A stretch of 64,000 bases of DNA from Candidatus Sungiibacteriota bacterium (GCA_016186145.1 JACPMF010000010.1:8053-72052), one strand, 5' to 3'; shown: positions 38,827-49,023, numbered from the stretch's first letter. Numbers and translations are program-made. The notes: a model not told the origin generated them from the sequence alone.

Positions 38827-40727
38827 TTTTCGTCGCCTTTTCTATCTTCGTACTCCGCATCCTTTACCTTTCCGCCGCCCGGTTCAGCGTCACCACCTTC
38901 TTGCTTCTTATACAAAAGCTCACCGATTTGCTGAGCCGCAGCAGAAAGTTCCTGCGTTGCCCTTTTTATCGCCTCAGCGTCTTCTCCCTCCTTGGCCTTT
39001 TTTAAGGCTTCGATTTTTTCTTCTATATTCTTTTTCGTATCTGCCGGAATTTTTTCTCCAGCCTCGCGAACGCCCTTTTCAACAGTATAAACGAGAGCTT
39101 CGGCAATATTTTTTGCCTCGATAGCCTCGCGTTTTTTCCGATCGTCCTCCGCATGAATTTCCGCATCTTTCTTCATCCGCTCAATCTCCTCTTTAGAAAG
39201 AGACGCGGACGCCTCAATGCGAACCGATTGCTCTTTTCCCGTCGCCTTATCCTTCGCCTTCACGGATAAAACGCCGTTTGCATCAATGTCGAAAGTAACT
39301 TCAACCTGCGGAACGCCCCGGGGAGACGGAGGAATACCGTCAAGAATAAAACGCGCCAGGGTTTTATTGTCTCGAGCCATCTCCCGCTCACCCTGTAATA
39401 CGTGAATTTCCACTTGGGGCTGATTATCGGCGGCAGTTGAAAAAACCTGCGATTTTGCGGTTGGAACCGTGGTGTTTTTCTCTATAATTCTTGTCATGAC
39501 GCTTCCGAGAGTTTCAATACCAAGCGACAACGGCGTTACATCCAGAAGCAAAACGTCTTTAACGTCTCCCTGCAATATCCCTGCCTGAACCGCGGCGCCA
39601 AGCGCCACGACTTCATCGGGGTTAATAGAGCGATTCGGCTCCTTGTTGAAAAGTTTTTTAACGGCCTCCTGAATCGCGGGCATTCTGGTTTGGCCGCCGA
39701 CAAGAATCACCTCGTCAATGTCATTCAACCCAAAACCGGAATCTTTTACCACTTGCCGGGTAATTTCGGCTGACTTATCAATCATGTCGCGGACCAAATC
39801 TTCAAGTTTGGCGCGGCCGAATCGCATAACCATATGCCGCGGCCCGGACGCATCGGACGTAATAAAGGGTATGTTTATTTCCGTTTCGACTGTCGAAGAA
39901 AGTTCATGCTTTGCCTTTTCAGCGGCCTCTTTCAAGCGCTGCAAAGCCAAAACATCTTTTGCCAAATCAATCCCCTGCTCTTTTTTAAATTCGTCGACAA
40001 GATACTTGATAATGCGCTGATCAAAATCATCTCCCCCAAGATGCGTATCGCCGCCAACCGCCTTCACCTCAATAGTATCTTGCGTGACCTCAAGGACCGA
40101 AAGATCGAACGTACCGCCGCCAAAATCATATACGACGATTTGCTCATCTTTCTTTTTATTAAAACCGTACGCCAAAGCTGCCGCGGTCGGCTCATTCAGG
40201 ATACGGCGCACTTTAAGACCGGCGATCTCGCCTGCCGCCTGCGTGGCCTTCCGCTGGGAATCGTCGAAGTACGCGGGAACGGTAATTACCGCCTCCGTAA
40301 TTTTTCCACCAAGCTGATCTTCAGCATCTTGTTTCAGCTTCTGCAAAACCATTGCTGAAATTTCTTCCGGCCTCCACCACTTACCTTGCCCCGAGCCTGT
40401 CGAGGGGTCGCCCATTTTCACCTCAACGCCGCCATTTGCCGCCTCACGCATCTCATAGGGAAGCCATCCCTTGTCGCGCTTCACTTCAGCGTCAGTAAAC
40501 TTGCGGCCAATAAGCCGCTTTACGGAAAACAGAGTATCTTTCGGATTCGTCACTGCCTGACGCTTCGCGAGCAACCCGGCGAGACGATCGCCGGATTTTG
40601 CCGCAGCGACAATGGAAGGCGTGGTCCGGTTACCCTCTTTGTTTTCAAGTATCCTCGGCTCGCCCGCCTCAACCACGGCCATTGCTGAATTGGTTGTTCC
40701 AAGATCTATTCCTAAAATTTTCTGCAT
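38823..40727 (-). CDS. dnaK: Chaperone DnaK
   Basis: [38 protein letters not shown]. Confidence 0.99.
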   Translation of the reverse strand: MQKILGIDLGTTNSAMAVVEAGEPRILENKEGNRTTPSIVAAAKSGDRLAGLLAKRQAVTNPKDTLFSVKRLIGRKFTDAEVKRDKGWLPYEMREAANGGVEVKMGDPSTGSGQGKWWRPEEISAMVLQKLKQDAEDQLGGKITEAVITVPAYFDDSQRKATQAAGEIAGLKVRRILNEPTAAALAYGFNKKKDEQIVVYDFGGGTFDLSVLEVTQDTIEVKAVGGDTHLGGDDFDQRIIKYLVDEFKKEQGIDLAKDVLALQRLKEAAEKAKHELSSTVETEINIPFITSDASGPRHMVMRFGRAKLEDLVRDMIDKSAEITRQVVKDSGFGLNDIDEVILVGGQTRMPAIQEAVKKLFNKEPNRSINPDEVVALGAAVQAGILQGDVKDVLLLDVTPLSLGIETLGSVMTRIIEKNTTVPTAKSQVFSTAADNQPQVEIHVLQGEREMARDNKTLARFILDGIPPSPRGVPQVEVTFDIDANGVLSVKAKDKATGKEQSVRIEASASLSKEEIERMKKDAEIHAEDDRKKREAIEAKNIAEALVYTVEKGVREAGEKIPADTKKNIEEKIEALKKAKEGEDAEAIKRATQELSAAAQQIGELLYKKQEGGDAEPGGGKVKDAEYEDRKGDEK

Positions 40728-40803
40728 ATCTTTTATTTGACTTATTTTTACTACTATGTTATTTTAAACTCACTATCTAAGATTTGGCCCCTGGAGGTGC
40801 CGC

Positions 40804-41031
40804 ATGATGTTCTTTTATAAAATCTACATTGGAATGTTGGCATTTTGCGATGTCGCAAGTTTTTTCTTAATGATAATTGGTTTTCAGGATAAGGCTTGGC
40901 TAACGGTGCTTTCTGGGGCAATCGGTATAACTCTTTGGACGCCCCTCATTGCCGAAGCGATCTATGACATGTTCATATCTATTTCCAAATCTCAAACCGC
41001 AAATTCGTTGCAAAAGGAAGACACCTTTTAA
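40804..41031 (+). CDS. Small membrane protein
   Basis: GGAGG SD; two TM segments. Confidence 0.6.
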   Translation: MMFFYKIYIGMLAFCDVASFFLMIIGFQDKAWLTVLSGAIGITLWTPLIAEAIYDMFISISKSQTANSLQKEDTF

Positions 41032-41165
41032 TGGAAATGCTTGCATTTCTTGCGCTTCTTGGCGGATTTGCATGGTGGACATGGAAGAGAATTCCCGGAG
41101 AGATTCGCAAGGTGCTTGCGAAGCCCGTCAAAAAGCTCAGAAAAAAGATCACGCCATGGAATTAA
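41031..41165 (+). CDS. 44-aa membrane peptide
   Basis: TAATG overlap with previous stop; MEMLAFLALLGGFAWWTWKRIPGEIRK...; not in the ORF track. Confidence 0.5.
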   Translation: MEMLAFLALLGGFAWWTWKRIPGEIRKVLAKPVKKLRKKITPWN

Positions 41166-41515
41166 TCGCTGTGAATGAGAGTTTCCGCAATTCCCGATTC
41201 AAAGTAACGATCCCGATGCGTTCTTTCTTCTCCCCGGCCAGAGGCATCCTGCCGGGAACAGTCATCATACTCACCGGAGAGTTTTTAATCAAAATTTCAC
41301 GAAAATTCCGCTTTAACGGAACCGCAATTCCATCATGCTCCATGAAAGTCGGGATACGATGGGGCAAAAATATGAAGGGAACGGATTGGGTAACAGAAAC
41401 ACGACTCAAGAGATGCGCCATACCGACACCAGAACCGCCCGGCACCTTTCCGCCAAGTAAGGCGATTGAGGAAATAAAACGACTTTCCTTTTCAACCCCT
41501 CGCCGCCGCCGTTAA
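41156..41515 (+). CDS. Hypothetical basic protein
   Basis: Overlaps previous ORF; followed by hairpin ccgccg-ttaaac-cggcgg-ttttt. Confidence 0.5.
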   Translation: MELIAVNESFRNSRFKVTIPMRSFFSPARGILPGTVIILTGEFLIKISRKFRFNGTAIPSCSMKVGIRWGKNMKGTDWVTETRLKRCAIPTPEPPGTFPPSKAIEEIKRLSFSTPRRRR

Positions 41516-41535
41516 ACCGGCGGTTTTTCTTATAA

Positions 41536-42084
41536 TCAACTTGTTCGGCCTTTCGACAACCTGACCCTCGCGGGCCTCAAGACTTTTTCTCGAAACGCAT
41601 ACCCCCTCTGAACGATTTCAGCAATCCTTCCTTCCACTTGCTCCGATTCAACCTCACCGACGCTTTCGTGTTTTGAAGGGTCAAATTCGTCATCCGCTTT
41701 GACTGCAATTTCTGAAAGTCCGCGTTTTTTCAAAATATCTTCAAGTTGGGAACGGATAAGCAATATACCCTGCTCTTCGAACTTTTGCCGGTCTCCGGAC
41801 GGCCGTTGCCTGCCGCTTTGAGACGCAAGATCAAAACTATCAAGTATTGGTAAAACATCGCCTATCAGGCCGGAAACAATGAATCGAGCCATATCCTCAA
41901 AACGCTTCCCCTCGTCTTTCTTGTAATTGATGTGCTCGGCGCGAGAGCGCTGCCAACCGTCAAGGTATTCCTTCTTGTCAACATCACACTTTTTCAGTTC
42001 CTCTTTAAGCTTCTTTATTTTCTCAGTACTGTCTTGGGCTGAAAATTCCTCATCAGGAACTATTTCTGTTTTTTCTTCTGCCAT
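41536..42084 (-). CDS. grpE: Nucleotide exchange factor GrpE
   Basis: QRSRAEHINYKK, LPILDSF, FDPSKHES, GY...LRPARV. Confidence 0.96.
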   Translation of the reverse strand: MAEEKTEIVPDEEFSAQDSTEKIKKLKEELKKCDVDKKEYLDGWQRSRAEHINYKKDEGKRFEDMARFIVSGLIGDVLPILDSFDLASQSGRQRPSGDRQKFEEQGILLIRSQLEDILKKRGLSEIAVKADDEFDPSKHESVGEVESEQVEGRIAEIVQRGYAFREKVLRPARVRLSKGRTS

Positions 42085-42110
42085 GTTTGTCTAAATTTAT
42101 AAGATTGTTA

Positions 42111-42818
42111 TTAATCATTAAAAAGCCGCTGCATTGCCCGTAAAAGAGCAAGATTATGATTATAATCCATTCGGCGGGGGCCGAGAATCCCGAAAACCGC
42201 TTCCTCCCCATACGGCGTCGGACAGCCCGAAATTATCATGGTATAGTTTCTTGCCTCTCTGATGGGATTTTCCTCGCCAATGAACACTCGCGGCTCTTCC
42301 AAGCCCTCGGCCACAAAAAAATCCTTAAAATCATCATCAAGAAAATCAATCAATTCGCTAAACTCGTGAATTCTTTTCTCATCGGCAAATTCCGGATCGC
42401 TAAAAGCCTCGGCAATACCGGATTTGTAAAGAACGCCGCGCCCGAAAAATCCCGCCATGCTGAACTCTCCGGAAAGTTCGCTCAAAAGGCGGCTTGCATG
42501 TTTCAAAAAATTAAACTCATTATTGATGCTCCGAAGCGGGCGGAACGACTTTTCAATTCTCTTCTCTGACTTTGGATCGGGCAGATTCTCGCCAATAAAA
42601 AAGCGATACCCCTTATCGGTAGGAATGCGGCCCGCCGATGTATGCGGCTGAACAATAAATCCGTCTCGGTCAAGACGAAGAAGCTCGTTTCTGACAGTTG
42701 CCGGGCTGTATGGCAGGCGGTATTTTTTCACAAGCTCCCCGGAAGATACCGGCTCAGCCATTTCTACATATTCCTGAATAAGGGCCCCAAGAATAGATTT
42801 TTGCCGTTCCGTTAACAT
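42111..42818 (-). CDS. hrcA: Heat-inducible transcription repressor HrcA
   Basis: LTERQKSIL, PVSS, SPATVRNEL, QPHTSAGRIPTDKGYR, GPRRMDY. Confidence 0.96.
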   Translation of the reverse strand: MLTERQKSILGALIQEYVEMAEPVSSGELVKKYRLPYSPATVRNELLRLDRDGFIVQPHTSAGRIPTDKGYRFFIGENLPDPKSEKRIEKSFRPLRSINNEFNFLKHASRLLSELSGEFSMAGFFGRGVLYKSGIAEAFSDPEFADEKRIHEFSELIDFLDDDFKDFFVAEGLEEPRVFIGEENPIREARNYTMIISGCPTPYGEEAVFGILGPRRMDYNHNLALLRAMQRLFND

Positions 42819-42819
42819 A

Positions 42820-42908
42820 ATTCTGAATTATAAATGCTGAATGCTAAATAGTTTGTAGGGGGTCCTGTAAAAATTTCATTCAACATTCAGAATTTAGCAT
42901 TCAGTATT
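42820..42908. repeat. TGCTGAA/TTCAGCA-type inverted repeat in the hrcA leader
   Basis: ttctgaatt..atgctgaatgctaaat / attcaacattcagaatttagcattcagt. Confidence 0.7.
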
Positions 42909-42928
42909 CTTATCATTATACCCTATCC

Positions 42929-42967
42929 ATTATACTCCGATTAGCAGTCATGTCAAGAGAGTGCTAA
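42929..42967 (-). promoter_or_regulatory. CIRCE operator overlapping a sigma70 promoter
   Basis: Minus strand TTAGCACTC-N9-GACTGCTAA (42941-42967); TTGACA-N16-TATAAT. Confidence 0.93.
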
Positions 42968-43007
42968 TTGAAAAGGCCCCACAAAATGGGGCCTGAAAAC
43001 ACGGCGT

Positions 43008-44807
43008 TTAACCGATAAACCGCTCGGCTTGGAGCGTCCACAACCGCTTATAGATACCGTCATGCTCGAGCAATTCATCATGCTTACCCATCTCAACGAT
43101 CTTCCCCTCGTCAATCACCACAATCCGGTCCATCTGCACGATCGTCGAAAGGCGATGCGCAATCACAATAGCGGTTTTCTTCCGCATCAGATTTTTCATT
43201 GCCTCCTGAATAAGAGATTCTACTTCGGAATCCAAGCTGGAAGTTGCCTCGTCGAGAATAAGAACGGGGGTGCTGGCAAGAATTGCCCGCGCAATCGCCA
43301 CTCTCTGGCGTTCCCCGCCGGAAAGTTTTACGCCGCGCTCGCCGACATAGGTGTCATAACCGTCAGGAAACCCTGAAATAAACTGATGGCAGTTTGCCTG
43401 CATTGCGGCCTCTATCACCATCTCGTCGGTCGCGTCCGGCCTTCCGTAACGAATATTCTCCTTCAATGCCCGGTGGAAAAGAATTGGCTCCTGCGGAACA
43501 AGCGCGATATTCCTTCGCAAGCTTTCCTGCGTGACCGAAGCAATGTTCTGTCCGTCAATGAAAATTCCCCCATCCGCCACGTCATGGAAACGAAGCAGAA
43601 GCGAAACAACCGTGGTCTTACCCGCACCCGACGGACCGACTAAGGCGATTTTCTCTCCGGCCGCAATAGACAGATTAAAATCATCAAGAATTTTCCGCGT
43701 TCCGCGAAAGTTGAATCCGACATTTCTAAATTCAATCGCGCCCCTGCTAACCGCAATCGGCAAAACACCCGGCTTATCTTTCACCTCATACGGCGTCTCC
43801 ATAATTTCGACCATTTCGGACGCATCCGCAAACGACTCATAGATTTTTCGCACCACGCGGCCAAAATCCCAAATACGATGGAATATAACCATAAGAACGC
43901 CCTGTATTAAGGCGAAATCCCCAATAGTAATCCTTCCGTCTCGCCAAAGACGCACCGCGGTGTACATGAGAATAAAGTTAATAATCAGCATCAGTCCGCC
44001 TTGGACCGCATCGGTCACCACATTCACGCGCCACGTAAAAAGCCGGATTCTCGTAAACTCGTCAAGGACCTTCCCGAATAAGGATTTCTCATGCTCCTCT
44101 CTGGAAAAAAGCTTAATCGTAACAATGTTGGCGAGCGCATCGGAAAGCACGCCCGTCGTTTCCGAATCTTTTTCTGCCTTTTCCAAATCGTATTTCATCT
44201 TCCAGATAGCAATTCGATAATAAAGGAAAACAAAAAAAATAACCCATACTGAAAGAAGCGCGCCAAGAATCGGGTAACGCTGAAAAAGCACCGTGAGAAC
44301 CCCCGCGATTGCAACAACGAGCGCGAGCAATTTGTCTTCAACGTTATCCGCAACTTCTTCGAATGACCGGCTTAATCTTCGCACTTTCCTCACCAGTGAT
44401 CCCGTAAAATTATCGGCAAAAAAGCGGTAAGAATGTCCGATGAGATTAGCAAATGCGGTATTTTCCAGATCGCGCATGGTGTAGGCTTCAAACATCGTAT
44501 TCGCAAAACCCCACAAACGATGACCAACCCATTCAGCGGCGCTGATTATACCGTAAAGCGCTATAACTATTTGGATCAAAAGAATGAACGCGACCTCCGG
44601 AGCAAGACCCGCGGAAAGCGTGTCAAAGAACTTTTTCGAGTACCACGAGGCAGTAATTTCAAGCAGAGTAACGCTTATAACAGAGAACATAACAATACCC
44701 GCGGCATACGGATATTTCTTAGCATGCTGAAAAAATACCCGGATCACCGATTTCACGATATTCCTATTCAGCGGCTTTTTTTCCTGCCTTTTCCGCATTA
44801 TGAACAT
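43008..44807 (-). CDS. ABC transporter, fused permease/ATPase (MsbA/MdlB-like)
   Basis: TMD plus GPSGAGKT, LSGGERQR, LILDEATS. Confidence 0.95.
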   Translation of the reverse strand: MFIMRKRQEKKPLNRNIVKSVIRVFFQHAKKYPYAAGIVMFSVISVTLLEITASWYSKKFFDTLSAGLAPEVAFILLIQIVIALYGIISAAEWVGHRLWGFANTMFEAYTMRDLENTAFANLIGHSYRFFADNFTGSLVRKVRRLSRSFEEVADNVEDKLLALVVAIAGVLTVLFQRYPILGALLSVWVIFFVFLYYRIAIWKMKYDLEKAEKDSETTGVLSDALANIVTIKLFSREEHEKSLFGKVLDEFTRIRLFTWRVNVVTDAVQGGLMLIINFILMYTAVRLWRDGRITIGDFALIQGVLMVIFHRIWDFGRVVRKIYESFADASEMVEIMETPYEVKDKPGVLPIAVSRGAIEFRNVGFNFRGTRKILDDFNLSIAAGEKIALVGPSGAGKTTVVSLLLRFHDVADGGIFIDGQNIASVTQESLRRNIALVPQEPILFHRALKENIRYGRPDATDEMVIEAAMQANCHQFISGFPDGYDTYVGERGVKLSGGERQRVAIARAILASTPVLILDEATSSLDSEVESLIQEAMKNLMRKKTAIVIAHRLSTIVQMDRIVVIDEGKIVEMGKHDELLEHDGIYKRLWTLQAERFIG

Positions 44808-44914
44808 ACTCCTTGTTTTTAGTTAACCGACTCGTGGTACAAAATTAATAAACCACGATATGGATAACTTGTCAAACTCTTCCCTGTACCCCGCGTCTAT
44901 AGTAAAATTTTCTC

Positions 44915-45826
44915 ATGGATTCGCTCAAAACAAAAGCCGGGGTATGGTACAAACTCCACCGCCCGACAAAACAAGAAATCGCGTGGCTTCGGGATGAGTT
45001 TAAGCTCCACGAACTCATTCTTGCGGAACTTCAGCGGCCGACCACCCGACCGAAAGTTCAACGCTTCGACGACCATCTCTACCTCGTCCTCCATTTTCCG
45101 ATCTTCAATGAAAAAGAGCAAAAAACATACCCCCGTGAAATTGATTTTATCATCGGCAAAAAAGAAATCATTACCGTATCGTACGAGCCAATTCCACCGC
45201 TTGATGAATTTTTCAAAACCTGCGCTGTCGACAAATCGTGCCAGGACCTCTATACGTCAAAAACAACTCTCCATTTCCTCTATTACATTATCAAAGAATT
45301 ATACGAATTTTCCCTGCGCCAGCTTGACCATATTCAAGCCAGAATTGGAATTATCGAAGAGGAGGTTTTTTCAGGAAAGGAACGGGACGTAGTTGCTGAA
45401 ATATCAATTGTCGGGAGAGATATTATTGATTTTCGCCGCTCCCTAAAACCCCAAGGCGTTACCATAGATTCGCTTGCCGCAGAAGGAGAGGCGCTTTTCG
45501 GGAAAAATATAATTCCTTTTTTGGAGGGCCTCCAGGGCGAATACCAAAAACTCTGGGGACTTTTGGAAACCCAAAAAGAAACACTGGATGCGCTGTATGA
45601 AACCAACACGACGCTTCTGAACATAAAGCAAAACGATACGACACGCATTCTTACGATTATTGCCACCACAACATTCCCGCTTTCTCTCCTTGCGGCTTTG
45701 CTTGCGACAAATGCGATCTCCAACCCAATCCTCGGCAATGCATATGATTTTTGGATAATTGGAGGACTTCTTGTTTTAGGAGCCGCAATCATTCTTGGGG
45801 CTTTTAAAAAGAATAAATGGTTCTAA
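44915..45826 (+). CDS. corA: CorA family divalent cation transporter
   Basis: RPKVQRFDDHLYLVLHFP; two C-terminal TMs; GMN signature appears as ATN. Confidence 0.85.
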   Translation: MDSLKTKAGVWYKLHRPTKQEIAWLRDEFKLHELILAELQRPTTRPKVQRFDDHLYLVLHFPIFNEKEQKTYPREIDFIIGKKEIITVSYEPIPPLDEFFKTCAVDKSCQDLYTSKTTLHFLYYIIKELYEFSLRQLDHIQARIGIIEEEVFSGKERDVVAEISIVGRDIIDFRRSLKPQGVTIDSLAAEGEALFGKNIIPFLEGLQGEYQKLWGLLETQKETLDALYETNTTLLNIKQNDTTRILTIIATTTFPLSLLAALLATNAISNPILGNAYDFWIIGGLLVLGAAIILGAFKKNKWF

Positions 45827-45835
45827 TTATTGTAG

Positions 45836-45915
45836 AAGCAGATTTATACAGATGACAACGCGGACCGATGCGGATCCGCGTGAATCCGCGTAGCTATCCT
45901 TATTTATCCGCTTCT
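45836..45915. repeat. CGCGGA/TCCGCG-type imperfect inverted repeat
   Basis: gcagat..acagat..acgcgga..gcggatccgcg..atccgcg..atccgc; related to the mnmA insert 21820-21900. Confidence 0.65.
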
Positions 45916-45920
45916 ATTTT

Positions 45921-47315
45921 TTGTTGAAACTATACAACTACCTCACTCGCAAAAAAGAAATCCTCCGGCCCATAAAAAAGGGCCGGGGTAGTTTATATAC
46001 CTGCGGCCCAACCGTGTATAACTACGCCCATATCGGCAATTTGCGGACCTATATTTTTGAAGATGTGTTAAGAAGAACCCTCGAGTACCACGGCTATAAA
46101 ACCCGCCATATTATGAACCTGACCGACGTCGACGATAAAACGATCCGCGATTCCAGGAAGGCAGGAAAAACGCTCAAAGAATTCACGGAATTTTATGCAA
46201 AGGAATTTTTTAAAGACCTCGCAAAACTAAATATACTGCGGGCGTTAAAATATCCGCGGGCAACCGCGCATATCCCTGAAATGATTGCATTGATCAACAC
46301 TCTTTTAAAAAGGGGTTTTGCTTATAAAACAGACGACGGGGTTTACTTCGACATCTCAAAATTCAAACGATACGGGAAGCTTTCCGGAGTCAAAAAACAG
46401 AACCTAAAAACAGGGGCACGGGTTGCCGCAGATGAATATTCAAAAGAAGAAGCACGGGACTTTGCGCTTTGGAAGGCGAAAAAACCCGGAGAGCCATCGT
46501 GGGAGGCATCCTTTAATTCGGGCGGCCCCGCCTCCGCTAAAGCTATGGCGGGCAGGCCGGGCTGGCATATCGAATGCTCGGCAATGTCCATGAAATACCT
46601 CGACAAATCTTTCGATATCCATGCCGGGGCGGTTGACCTCCTATTTCCCCACCACGAAGACGAAATCGCCCAGTCCGAAGGGGCGACCGGAAAACAATTC
46701 GTCAAATATTTCATCGAGGGAGAGCACCTTTTGGTTGACGGAAAAAAAATGTCAAAATCTCTAGGTAACATATATACGATGCGGGATCTAGCGGCCAAAG
46801 AATTTAACCCTCTGGATTTCAGATACTTTGCGCTGGGCGCTCATTACCGCACACAATTAAATTTCACATGGAAAGCGCTCGCAGCCGCGGGCCAAGCGCG
46901 AAAAAAATTGGATGATTTTATTCGGATGCTTGCCGAAGAAAAAAAACGGAAAGGCGTCGAGTTAAAACCCTGGAAAGATAATTTTCAAAAATCTCTTGCC
47001 AATGATATTGATACACCAAGAGCTCTTGCCGTCATATGGGATTTAATACGGGAATATAACAAAGCGCCAACCAAATTCGATCCTGCTGCTGTTAAAAAAC
47101 TGCTTATTGATTTTGATCGCGTTTTAGGGTTACGCCTTAAAGAAATCCGCAAGTTTAGCGTTCCGGAAAACATTCAAAAACTCGTCGCAATTCGTGAGAC
47201 GCTCCGCAAAGAAAAGCGCTGGCAGGAAGCCGACAAAATCCGCGAAAAAATTAAAAATTTAGGATTTGCTATCGAGGACACGGCCAAGGGGCCGCTATTA
47301 AGAAAACAACCATAA
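45921..47315 (+). CDS. cysS: Cysteine--tRNA ligase
   Basis: CGPTVY, HIGN, RPGWHIECSAM, FPHHE, KMSKS. Confidence 0.98.
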   Translation: MLKLYNYLTRKKEILRPIKKGRGSLYTCGPTVYNYAHIGNLRTYIFEDVLRRTLEYHGYKTRHIMNLTDVDDKTIRDSRKAGKTLKEFTEFYAKEFFKDLAKLNILRALKYPRATAHIPEMIALINTLLKRGFAYKTDDGVYFDISKFKRYGKLSGVKKQNLKTGARVAADEYSKEEARDFALWKAKKPGEPSWEASFNSGGPASAKAMAGRPGWHIECSAMSMKYLDKSFDIHAGAVDLLFPHHEDEIAQSEGATGKQFVKYFIEGEHLLVDGKKMSKSLGNIYTMRDLAAKEFNPLDFRYFALGAHYRTQLNFTWKALAAAGQARKKLDDFIRMLAEEKKRKGVELKPWKDNFQKSLANDIDTPRALAVIWDLIREYNKAPTKFDPAAVKKLLIDFDRVLGLRLKEIRKFSVPENIQKLVAIRETLRKEKRWQEADKIREKIKNLGFAIEDTAKGPLLRKQP

Positions 47316-47352
47316 CGCGATCAATAACTTTTTGTATAGAGTTTGTCTAATT

Positions 47353-47658
47353 ATGGGTAAAAATAAAATAACGGAAAAGGCTATAAAAATAATTTTAATA
47401 ATCGCGGGTCTTTCACTGATTTTCTTAATAGTTTCGCCGTTTTTTATTTCTACAGAAGAAGGGAGTGTGCTTGAAACCCTCATGCTCTTACTGGTTATCC
47501 CAATAATAATGGCGGCTGTAATTTTGGTTGTACTTACCCGTTCCGATATGTTTTCGCGGGGTGGTGATACTTTCTTGCCGCCCTATCTACGAGTAATTGG
47601 ACTCATACTTTTCGGACTTTGGATACTTTCTTTCTTCGTGGACAACCCTTTTCGATAG
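47353..47658 (+). CDS. Small membrane protein
   Basis: Three hydrophobic segments. Confidence 0.65.
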   Translation: MGKNKITEKAIKIILIIAGLSLIFLIVSPFFISTEEGSVLETLMLLLVIPIIMAAVILVVLTRSDMFSRGGDTFLPPYLRVIGLILFGLWILSFFVDNPFR

Positions 47659-47694
47659 AAACTTCTATACGAATGTCGCGGGCCGCATAAAATC

Positions 47695-47726
47695 AAATGC
47701 GGGGTGCATCACGCACCCCGCATTTT
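47695..47726 (+). terminator. Intrinsic terminator
   Basis: aaatgcggggtgc-atcac-gcaccccgcatttt. Confidence 0.75.
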
Positions 47727-47735
47727 CTTTTTCCA

Positions 47736-47771
47736 TAAATACTTCAATACAGCGCTGTATTGAAGTATTTA
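47736..47771. repeat. Perfect 36-bp palindrome
   Basis: taaatacttcaatacagcgctgtattgaagtattta; near copy at 48217-48244. Confidence 0.9.
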
Positions 47772-47792
47772 AAAAAACAAAATCACCACAAT

Positions 47793-48209
47793 CTACTCAT
47801 GATGAAGAAATCTCCACCGCCCCTTACCCGCGATTGGCGGCAAAGCGAAAAGTCGTATAATACGATCAAGTTTTGCAAACAGCATTTCAAGTTTTCTGTC
47901 CTTTTCAAGGAGTACAACCGCTTTCTCAAATCCACCGCCGCCGCGATCCATCCTATCCTTCATTACGCTTATCGTGGCCTCGCTCACCTTCAAAGTCCTG
48001 CTTATTATGCCAAACGGATATCCTTTGTAGAGCATTACAACGATGGCAAGTCTCTTTGCAATCATAATTCGCTCTGTTTTTGTCAACAAATCGCTCAATA
48101 TATCGTTTAGATCTCCCTGGTGTGTAGTACCTGCCAAAAGCTCAATAAACCGATCGTGTAGAGACCGAAGCGTCTCCTTATCTAATTTATTTCTTGATAC
48201 GTGTGGCAT
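47793..48209 (-). CDS. TrpR-like (YerC/YecD) DNA-binding protein
   Basis: LLTKTERIMIAKRLAIVVML..G....ISRTLKVSEATI. Confidence 0.85.
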   Translation of the reverse strand: MPHVSRNKLDKETLRSLHDRFIELLAGTTHQGDLNDILSDLLTKTERIMIAKRLAIVVMLYKGYPFGIISRTLKVSEATISVMKDRMDRGGGGFEKAVVLLEKDRKLEMLFAKLDRIIRLFALPPIAGKGRWRFLHHE

Positions 48210-48216
48210 ACACGAA

Positions 48217-48244
48217 TACTTTAATACAGCGCTGTATTGAAGTA
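48217..48244. promoter_or_regulatory. Palindrome just upstream of the TrpR-like start; probable operator
   Basis: tactttaatacagcgctgtattgaagta. Confidence 0.65.
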
Positions 48245-48321
48245 AAGGAAAATAAAAAAACACCATTAGAAAACTTGGTGTTTATTATCTATGTTTATCA
48301 GCTCTTTCGTGCAGCTTTCTT

Positions 48322-49023
48322 CTATGTCGCTGCTTCTATTTCCGCAAGAATCATTTTAAGCGCCGCAACCGGATCCTCATTTTTCATGATCGGACTGCCG
48401 CAAACAAGGCCATCGGCACCCCTCGCGACTGCAACCGCCGGCTCAACTTCAAATCTATGCCGCGCATCCCTGAACCACTTAGGCCTAATGCCGGTTGCGA
48501 CAGTCATCAGGGGAAATTTTTTAAATATATTCAACATAGCGCCGGGTAGAATAATACCGTCACACCCCGTATTAACTGCGACACCGGCAAAATCATTTAC
48601 CGCTTCCGCAGTTGTTCGACGGAAAAATTCACGGCAGTGCGGCTCGCTCAGATAAGAAAGAACGGTTAGCGCGAGTACTTTCGTATGGCTCTGATATTTC
48701 TTTATATGCCTCACCACATCAATAAGGTGGCCATCCGCAAGAGCGTAAATGTTAAAATAGTCCACGCCGGCTTCCATCAGTTCATCAGTAACCGATACCA
48801 TAGCGCGCTCATCATGCCACATTTTAAGATCCGCAAACACCGGCCGACCAAGGTCAAGAATCCGCCTTACCGCGCGCCGAATACCATGTTTCAAAAGGTA
48901 ATCAAGATTAACCTTAAATCCAAACCGGCCGTCAGCTGAATTCAAATCATATGCGGTATTCAATGTCTTCCGCTCATTCAAAACGAGGCCATCAAGCGCG
49001 ATAAAAAGTATCGGCGTTTTCAT
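48322..49023 (-). CDS. pyrF: Orotidine 5'-phosphate decarboxylase
   Basis: IALD, GFKVNLD, FADLKMWH, LTVLS, GIRP, GSPI. Confidence 0.88.
   Translation of the reverse strand: MKTPILFIALDGLVLNERKTLNTAYDLNSADGRFGFKVNLDYLLKHGIRRAVRRILDLGRPVFADLKMWHDERAMVSVTDELMEAGVDYFNIYALADGHLIDVVRHIKKYQSHTKVLALTVLSYLSEPHCREFFRRTTAEAVNDFAGVAVNTGCDGIILPGAMLNIFKKFPLMTVATGIRPKWFRDARHRFEVEPAVAVARGADGLVCGSPIMKNEDPVAALKMILAEIEAAT

Noticed and set aside
41783-41820. Repeat insertion in GrpE (SGRQRPSGDRQ)
   Set aside because: Falls in a naturally variable loop and only weakly resembles the other repeat families.
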